Shown here: one piece after another, positions 23,781 through 31,927 of the stretch
Position numbering within the stretch: the stretch's first letter is position 1
Layout: each line of letters opens with the position of its first letter
Assembly: GCF_000181795.1 (NCBI RefSeq)
Contig: NW_003526945.1
Location: 4,738,682-4,770,608, forward strand
Length of the DNA stretch: 31,927 bases
Source: Trichinella spiralis
Taxonomy: Eukaryota
Direction: 5' to 3'
Made by a program: the position numbers and the translations under genes
The notes under the pieces: model-generated
Told to the model about the DNA's origin: nothing
What the model saw: only the letters and a program-made list of their open reading frames with translations
Databases searched by the model: none

Positions 23781-26775
23781 ATGGGAGATCGACCTCTCTA
23801 TATTGCCATACCGTACCTTTTTTTCCATCTCTTACGAAACATTGTCAACTCAATCTGTTCGGTAAATGTCATTGAAATTGCATTTTCATTTTTACAAGTG
23901 AAACTTTCATTCCAATCTCCAAGGCTCCATTTTACCACGTCTGCGTTGAAGTTGCCCTTCTGATATGCATCGTTTGGCTAGTCACTCACAAAGCTTACGT
24001 CATCTCTGATTCCACCGACCTCACCATAACGGTAATTACAATTTGAAATGATTTTAATGTTTATTCAGTTTTTTATCAATGGAAATTATTATCAACTGTA
24101 CATTTGAGGAAAAAGAAGAATTGATCATCGAATGGAAGCCAGACTTGTTGGTACCACTGCCGGAACAGTGCCACTTGCCCGAACCGCACGGACCAATGAT
24201 AGATAGGTGGATGTTTTTTTTTATTAACTTTTCAGCTTGCTTTATATTTAGTATATTATTCATTTTCAGTGGTTTGGGAAAATACGTTACAATTGATGGA
24301 AAGGAGTATTTGAATTTTGCTACGCAAAATTTTCTAGGCTTGGCTACAGATTTAAAAATCCAGGTATATACTTCTTCATTCTTCTGGTGATGTACTTACT
24401 ACAAATACGGTTTTTCATGAGTTTATCCCTTTTTTTGAACAGAATTTATTCGTCTGTTTTCTTTTCTTAGTCAGTTTAAATTGTGCAATTTAATATGCTG
24501 AACATTTCAAGGATTCTGCAATTGCCGCTCTTCATAAATACGGCGTTGGTGCTTGTGGTCCCAGGGGATTTTACGGTACAATAGGTAAATAATTATGTTT
24601 TGTTTTTCGTTGCTGTTGTTTGGATGTTTGGAAAAGTTTGTTTATCAAAAAAATGCACTCAGTTTGTAGAATCCACACTTGAGAATGTATTTGTCTCATT
24701 CGAAGAAAAAGTTGGAACAATTTTACTTGTGGACTTTTCTTTTACAGTATATCCTACTGATTGTTAAGTAATTCTGATGTGATTGAAATTTTCTCCCAGA
24801 TTAGAATGGATTAAGAGCAGAGCAGAAAAATCAAAAAAAAAACAACAACAAATACAATTCGATATTTCTGTGCATTTGCAGATATTCATTTGGATCTCGA
24901 AGAACGACTGGCTGAATTTATGCGTTGCGAAGAGGCGGTTTTGTACAGTTACGGTTTTGCGACAATATCCAGCGCCATTCCGGCTTATTGCAAGCGTGGC
25001 GATGTTATTTTCTGCGACGCCGGCGTCAACTTTGCCATTCAGAAGGGACTCCAAGCGTCCAGGAGTCGGGTGGAATTTTTCGAACACAACAACACCAGAG
25101 ATTTAGAGCGCCTGTTGAAGATTCAGAGAAGGAAAGACATTTTGGCATGTGCTGTGCATAGCCTGTGCGACTGGGTTTGTCAATTTTGACGCATTCCAAT
25201 TTGTAGAATCCGAAAAAAGCTCGAGTCACCAGACGATTCATTGTCGTCGAAGGTATCTACCTCTACTATGGGGACATTTGTCCGCTGGTGGATCTGGTAA
25301 GTGCGATGCAGCAGCGGGTGGAACATTTGCATCCAGTGATTTGGTTTTCGTTACTTCTTCTTGTTTGCAGTTGAAATTGAAATGGAAATACAAGGTGCGA
25401 TTGTTCATCGACGAGAGCATATCCTTCGGTGTTCTTGGTGCTGGTGGACGTGGTGTGACGGAACATTTTGGTGTCGATGTGAGGATGTGATTATTATTAT
25501 TACTGTTATTATTTTTATTTTGCAATTGAAACTTGTTGATCAATTTTTTCCTGTATATTTGTTTGAAATTTAGCTCGACGATGTGGATATGATATCGAGT
25601 ACCCTTGAAAATGCAGTTTCATCTATTGGAGGTTTTACTTGTGGACGCTCTTTTGTCGTCGATCATCAAGTAGGTTGAATTTTTTCAAAAAAATGTTCTT
25701 TTTTTATGAATAAACCAGAGAAAATTTCATCAGTGAACATTTTTTGTTTTGCCGAAAGGATGCAAGACAGAGGACAGATTTATCATGTGAAAATTACAAT
25801 TTTCACTTTGTGGGTGGGGTGAGAGGATTGTACACTTTAGCAGACGTGATGATGATGATATAAGAGTTTGTTCGCTTTTTGACATGATTTTTAATTGTTT
25901 TTTCACCTGTATCTTATCATGGCCATCATCCGTTTGAATATTCATAAAAAGGAGAATAATGCCGATGCTTGGATGTTTGTCATTGTCTTGTTCGACGGAC
26001 AATTTTTCTTACTGCTGCTGCTCAAATTTGAAATTGGCAACGCTCACAGCTGGGTGTAAAATTTCTGAATCGTTTTCACAAAATCATTTTTAATACTTTC
26101 GAGACATGCATGTTGCGTTTTTCTATTGTTTATTTGTTCAGTTATTCATGTTTTATTTTTAGCGTTTGTCGGGTGCGGGTTATTGCTTTTCCGCATCTAT
26201 GCCACCGTTGTTGGCCGCCGCGGCGATCAGGAGTTTGGATTTGATGCAAGACGAGCCGGAACGATTTCAACAACTTCGCAAAAATTCTCACCAACTATTC
26301 ACAGCTTTGAAAAGGTGGAATCAATTTACTGGAGTGATTGGAATGCCAAATTGCCAATAATTAATTAATTTTATTTGGACAGGTTGAGAAAGTTCAAAGT
26401 CGACGGCCAGAGGGGCAGTCCAATTTTTCACTTACGCACAAAGCTGGCGCACATGAAGTCCGATCTCCTCGATCAGCTCATAAGCAAGGTAAATTAGATT
26501 TTTTTTTTGATATACTATAAATTTTCAAGTTTTTCTTTCTTCTATTTTCAACATATTAATTATAGGGGGAAGAGAATGGCATACTGCTTACCAAATTGGC
26601 CTTTCTGCCAGCCAGAGAGTTTATGGATATTGTTCCCAGGTAGAATGAAAATTAAATAATTTTTTCCAATTTCAATTGTTCATTTACTAGCGTAAAATTG
26701 GCAATCAGTTGTGAACACACTGAAGAAGAAATTCAACGGTTGATTGATCTCGTCAAATCGGTCGACAATGCTTGA
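23781..26775 (+). CDS. SPTLC1: Serine palmitoyltransferase subunit 1 (LCB1/SPTLC1, sptl-1), 475 aa
   Basis: Exons 23781-23861, 23924-24031, 24109-24206, 24270-24363, 24512-24584, 24882-25144, 25207-25296, 25371-25478, 25574-25669, 26163-26314, 26383-26488, 26566-26639, 26691-26775 (1428 nt). Motifs: APFYH plus TM helix, [104 protein letters not shown]. In STLENA, Asn replaces the PLP-binding Lys, which marks LCB1 rather than LCB2. Confidence 0.95.
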
Positions 26776-27023
26776 ACCAATAATAACTTAACTGCTCGCT
26801 TCTCCACTTGAATCCATCGCAGAAATGGACTCTCTGTTCTCATGCATAATATACAATTGTTGTGATTTGAATTGAAATATTGAAATTAGTTTTCAACTGA
26901 GAATTTATTTATTATCCATTCTTATGAGTTTGTGCTCGATTGACATTACTTACGTTCGTCTGGGATATCATGCATTAGCGTGAATTCTAATCTGCCTTTG
27001 TTGTTCTTGTTGGAAATTTAACA

Positions 27024-27029
27024 AATAAA
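27024..27029 (+). terminator. Candidate polyadenylation signal of SPTLC1
   Basis: AATAAA about 250 nt after the stop codon, followed by T/GT-rich sequence. Confidence 0.4.
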
Positions 27030-30000
27030 TCGTATTTTGTGCTATGATGTAGTTCATTTATCTGGAAAGTGACAGTGGCTTTGTTATTTTCCTGCAACAC
27101 TGTCTTTAAAATTTCAATCTCCATTTAATTACATCTACTGTAACAGTGTTTTGTTTTCTTAATGAAATTGAAAATAACTTACAATTTATCAGTAATTGCA
27201 GATAAAATTTATTTACTTTTATTCATTCATGGATACTTACCGTTAAATAATTAATACCTGAAAATTTAAATGGTTACTGTAGACCCGTGTGTTCACTTAG
27301 CCTCTGCGGTAGCACTTTTCCTGTCTTGTGAAGGGATTGGTTTTGTTTGGTGAATTTTCACTTCACAGTATTAAGTTTGGGAAATGTAATTTCAAAGCCT
27401 ATCATATGTTGAACTGTATGAATTAAGCGGTGGTGAAATAGCAGCTCAATGGCGCATGATAATTCTCTATGAACAGTGTGGATAATCTCTGTTAAAGATT
27501 TGGTAACTCGACCCATTGTAAGCAGAACAGAACTGTCAAACTAATTTTGAAACACTATTCACAATGATTTGTTTGGACAACATTTGAATCACTGCCAGTG
27601 CCCGCTATAAAGCACAATGTGGTGGTATGTGTGCGTGAGATGAAATTGGAAGCATCTAAGAATTGCGTCATCAACAGAACGTAGAAGATGAGCTCTAATT
27701 GTGGTAGCATCATTTAAATAACATAAAAGAGGCTTTTAGAAGGAAAACATCGTAGCCGAATTGCAATAAATGACAACGAAAAAGTTGAAAAGTAGCACAG
27801 CCAACGAAAAGAACAACTCCGTCTGTGAATTTTTCATTTTTTGCGATTGATAAACAGCAATATAAAGCGGTGTTATGATAATGGAACGTCATATGCATGT
27901 TGAGTGTAAAAAATTTTCTTTCACTCAGCTTAGCACGAAACGAATATTTTCGTCGTGTCTTGACTAACAGAATTAGTGGAAATTAAGGACATAAAAATTT
28001 GCATGTGCATGCGTTATTAATCACAATGCACGCTGAAATACAACTAACACAACATACGTACAAACTAAACTCATAACTTTATTTAATTTGCATTATTTTG
28101 GCTATTCAATTGTACGTAAATGTGAGAGGTAATATAATCGTTAATATTCTAAACCTGTATCTCATATATTGCTGTTTGTGTGATTTCACATTAAAAGTTT
28201 TGAAAATAATCTTTGCTGAAATAATACATGAACGTTCAATTGAATCATAATAACACAACAGAAATAGAAAAGTATTTAGATTAACGAACATCATGAAGTT
28301 ATCATGAACAGCATATCATTGGGAATTGTTCAACATTCTGTATACAATACTTTACTGAATTTCAATGAAATCGTAATAACTTTTAGCAGTTGGTAAACTT
28401 TACCGTAATGTTCATGTACCATTTCACTATAACTTAGAAAAAATCAATTTACATAACCAAAGGCAAGATCATATTATTCCATTTCCGTGAACTTGACCTA
28501 CTTTTCAAAATGTCATCTTCATAGTAATCAATGTGAAGATCATCAGTCAAGAAATTCGATAAAGTCACCTCTTCAATATCACCGATAGTTAAGCGGTAAG
28601 TCATCTTTACAATTGTACTAACGTGTTTTGTATGTATCACTACAGGCTATTTTAGTTGCAAATTAATGGATCTCAGTTTCGCTGACTAACCTTCATCTCA
28701 GCTTCACAGACTGCATGTATAATAACCATTGTATAATCATCTATCTACAATAATGAACATCTCCTTGCGATACGTAGGAACTTAGTTCAAATCTCATTTT
28801 AGAAAAAGGGATTTATGAAAGAAATATTATGTTACAATAAACGTTTAATCTGAAAATCATAAATTTCATTGTACGCTACTACTAAATTGTTATCACCGAT
28901 TGCAGTAGCTCATATAAAAGGTCTGAAGTACATGCAGCCTGTACTAAACAAATGGAAATCAAGTACAAATTCTATGTTATTCTGTTATTACAAAGAGCAT
29001 CCTTATTGCGGAAACGATTTCCTGCGTCGAAGTAAATTTTAATCAAAGCCACTTCTATGCGTGACTATCAAACGCATTTATTTTTGTCTTTACTATTAAC
29101 ATCCAAATTTAGTAGCTCATTTACAGCAAAATCTCAAAAACTACGCTACTAGGAATTGTGTGAAAATGTGATAACAGATTTTGCATTTTTTTGATTTATC
29201 TATATCACTTGTTTGAAAGATTTTCGTATAGAAATCAAAATTTCATGGACTAAATAGGCTTCTCTGTTTTGGGGGCGGAACAAAGTTCTTTGGCAATATT
29301 TGCATTTTCTTTCCAAAAATCCATACATATGGATAGACTAAATTGTTTTGCGACACTGCATGGAAAACAGCCTTGAGCTCAGTACGTGGAATAAGTGGCT
29401 TCTGAAGTTGGCACATTGCCTATGTGAATACACAGTGAATTCGTAAATCTGAAACATTCTTCAAATGCAACTGGCATGCGGACGATTCAGAAAATGGAAC
29501 AGCTTTGGTATTTCAGTGAAAGAATCATCAAAAATTTTGCTGCTTTGCACAATATTTCTTACATTTTAGCGATCGAAGTTTTCATAATTTTTAGGACATT
29601 TTAATTTGATGGAAGTTGCTTCAAATCGGCAGGAAATGGGCATAGAACATCTCATATACTAACTCTATATTAATTCATCCCTTTATAATGCACTATTGAC
29701 ATCAATATCTAATGTTGTTTCGCTTTCACATTGATCAATCCTGTTTGTACTATCGTATGCCTTCCATATATTTCATTTCTTAATAAACAGTCATATCACT
29801 CATTACTGTGCTGTACATCATTTTCATTAACTTAACTAACTTTTCACTGATATTAAACTTAGGCCTATTAGTAGTAGCTAAATTATACATTTCAAAGCTG
29901 ACTAGCAATTTATAAGTTTATTAACAAATTTGCTTGGGGTTTCATGTTTGTGTATAATTATATTCATAGAACTGCTGATCCGATCTAAGAAATTCGCTTA

Positions 30001-30464
30001 ACTCTAATTTAAACAGACTTGATTTCTTGCGTGTATACTATTGAGCATTTTAAAGACCTTGTTCAAAAGTTTGCTTTCTATTAATTTGTTTCTTAATTTG
30101 TTAAAGTCTAAATTAAAGTATAAATTGAATTTAGAAGTTATGGATGCTATTACTAAGAAAGATCACGTGGATTCACCATTTTACTGAATTTCATTAAATA
30201 ATTAATTGTAATTAATTTTACCACATAAATATCATAAAATAGTAAAGCTTGGAATATCAGAAAACTGACCATTAAAATGAGATCAAAATTTGACAAATAG
30301 CACGCATCACAATAACAACCAGTAAAAATTTAGGTATGCGACAACGAATAAAACTCATCGCAACAGCAATTAATGAACTTTAACCGACATAAAAACCAAT
30401 GAAATTTTAGGCCAATCAAATGTCGAGCGGCATGCCTTTGAAGTATACTTGGGGAGTAGAACAA

Positions 30465-30532
30465 TCGATGATTTTTTCAGAAAATTGATGAAATATTTAG
30501 TACGCGATTGACGCATTTACAAATAGAAACAA
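30465..30532 (+). repeat. Direct repeat copy 1 (68 nt)
   Basis: 61/68 identical, ungapped, to 31860-31927 by manual alignment. Confidence 0.85.
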
Positions 30533-31859
30533 CCCTACATTGGATTAAAATTGCATTTACATATTATCATTTTGACTAATTCTTATTTCTGATCGTATTC
30601 AGTCAAGGAAATAGCATTAACAAAAATTTGAAATTTTTTGGATGCTGTAATTTGTAAACAAAATTCAGGAACAAATGTTTTTTAAACAAGAACCTGTTTT
30701 TGCTCAAAATATTGTGGATTTCTTGATAAACTTTAACAAAATCATTTTCTATTAATATCTTTTGAACTTTTATATTTTATTTCTTTTCCTTTTATTCCTA
30801 TTAATATTTCATTTTTAGTATCAGTTCTTTTCACAATATCTCGAGAAATACACAATTGGGCAACGTGGGACCAAGTACATTGTTGTTTTCTAATTTTTTC
30901 ATACATCTTCACACTATTTTTGGAGAAAAATAGGTTTTATGAAAATTTCGAAATTTCGTGGGCTACAGACTTTGCTGTTTACGCGTTTTGGGTGAAAAAT
31001 GCTTTTTTCTCAATTTTGAAATCCTTTTTGGCTATGGTTATATATGGATAGATTAGAGAATTGTGCAAAGTCTGATTGAGCACAATATAATTCTTGTGGA
31101 AAATTTGCTTTTAAAGTTGACAGTTTGTCTATCTTAATACACAGAAAAGTTGCCCATCGTTAACTTTCTTTAAACTGAACTGGAGTTTGTGAGATTCAGC
31201 TAATGAACCATTCTTGGCATTCTACTGCTATAATATGTCAAAATACGCATCCTTGTGCAATATATTTTAGTTTTCAGGAAACCAATTTTCCGTCATTTTC
31301 AGCCCATTTCCATTAAGTTGTCAAAAGTTGTTTCAGACCTAGCTAAATTGAGAATTATTCATTTAATGTACAGACTTTCTATTAATTTATTACTTTATAA
31401 TCATCAACTGAAAGTCATTTCTAAGGATATTGCTCTTAATTGTCGATTAACACCTAATTGTCTTAACGTATGCTTAGCAAATATTTGCTCTGTTTGAAAC
31501 GTAATCATTTCATGGATTACAATGCTGTTCATGATTCGTATCATTACATAACCTTCTCATTGATACCAAACCTGCGGCTATTTTGATTTATTCTCGTTCT
31601 CAGCACTCCTTGAATTCCACATAACAAAATCAGCCTTAAATATAGTATTTGTTTTGATAATAATTAGTTCGAAATGGAATGAACATAATCAGACTAACAA
31701 CTGAGGATGAAACAATATCTCTGTGCACAGATTTGGTTCGAAATCAAAAACACTAAAAGCATGTTTCCACTAAATTCGAGCGACTTATTTATTGCATGGT
31801 TGATCACGAACTACACTTTTACGTAAACTATGGGTATATTCATTTTCAGTAACACGTAT

Positions 31860-31927
31860 TCGATGATTTTTTCAGAAAATTAATAAAATATTTAGTATTC
31901 GCTTGTCACATTTACAAATAGAAACAA
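31860..31927 (+). repeat. Direct repeat copy 2 (68 nt, truncated by the window end)
   Basis: tcgatgattttttcagaaaattaataaaatatttagtattcgcttgtcacatttacaaatagaaacaa matches 30465-30532. Confidence 0.85.

Noticed and set aside
24207..24269. Apparent extra transmembrane segment ([20 protein letters not shown]) in the SPTLC1 ORF
   Set aside because: It is a T-rich 63-nt GT-AG intron with a perfect TTTTCAG; removing it restores homology.
28560..28625. VKMTYRLTIGD resembling a TRP-channel pore helix
   Set aside because: No flanking hydrophobic S5/S6 segments; the similarity is too short.
29250..29665. Plus-strand exon-like fragments (e.g. HFNLMEVASNRQEMGIEHLIY*)
   Set aside because: They are interrupted by stops and cannot be linked by consistent splice sites.
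30830..31260. Possible MITE/DNA-transposon remnant
   Set aside because: I found no terminal inverted repeats, target-site duplication or transposase sequence by eye.
1..31927. CRISPR arrays, tRNA/rRNA genes, prokaryote-type operons or defence systems
   Set aside because: The sequence is intron-rich eukaryotic DNA. I saw no repeat-spacer periodicity or recognisable structural RNA motifs, though a covariance-model search was not possible.

Overview
This is AT-rich, microsatellite-rich eukaryotic genomic DNA with many 50-110 nt introns and TTTTCAG-type acceptors. That pattern points to a nematode; it looks Trichinella-like to me, but this is an inference and was not verified. Manual splicing gives four complete, frame-consistent genes: a FHOD-family formin (+, 3455-15101, 12 exons, 1192 aa), mismatch-repair endonuclease PMS2 (+, ~16439/16474-20239, 853 aa), a p24/TMED GOLD-domain cargo receptor (-, 21734-20736, 225 aa) and serine palmitoyltransferase subunit 1 SPTLC1 (+, 23781-26775, 475 aa). 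The 3' end of an unrecognised gene lies at the left edge. The last 5 kb has no recognisable gene, only exon-like minus-strand segments and a 68-nt direct repeat cut by the window end. I see no evidence of a new multi-gene system. The best second-look items are isoform-level: a phase-matched alternative first exon hidden in formin intron 2, a GC-AG intron and a GAG acceptor in SPTLC1, and a cryptic acceptor that would remove the formin DAD domain.
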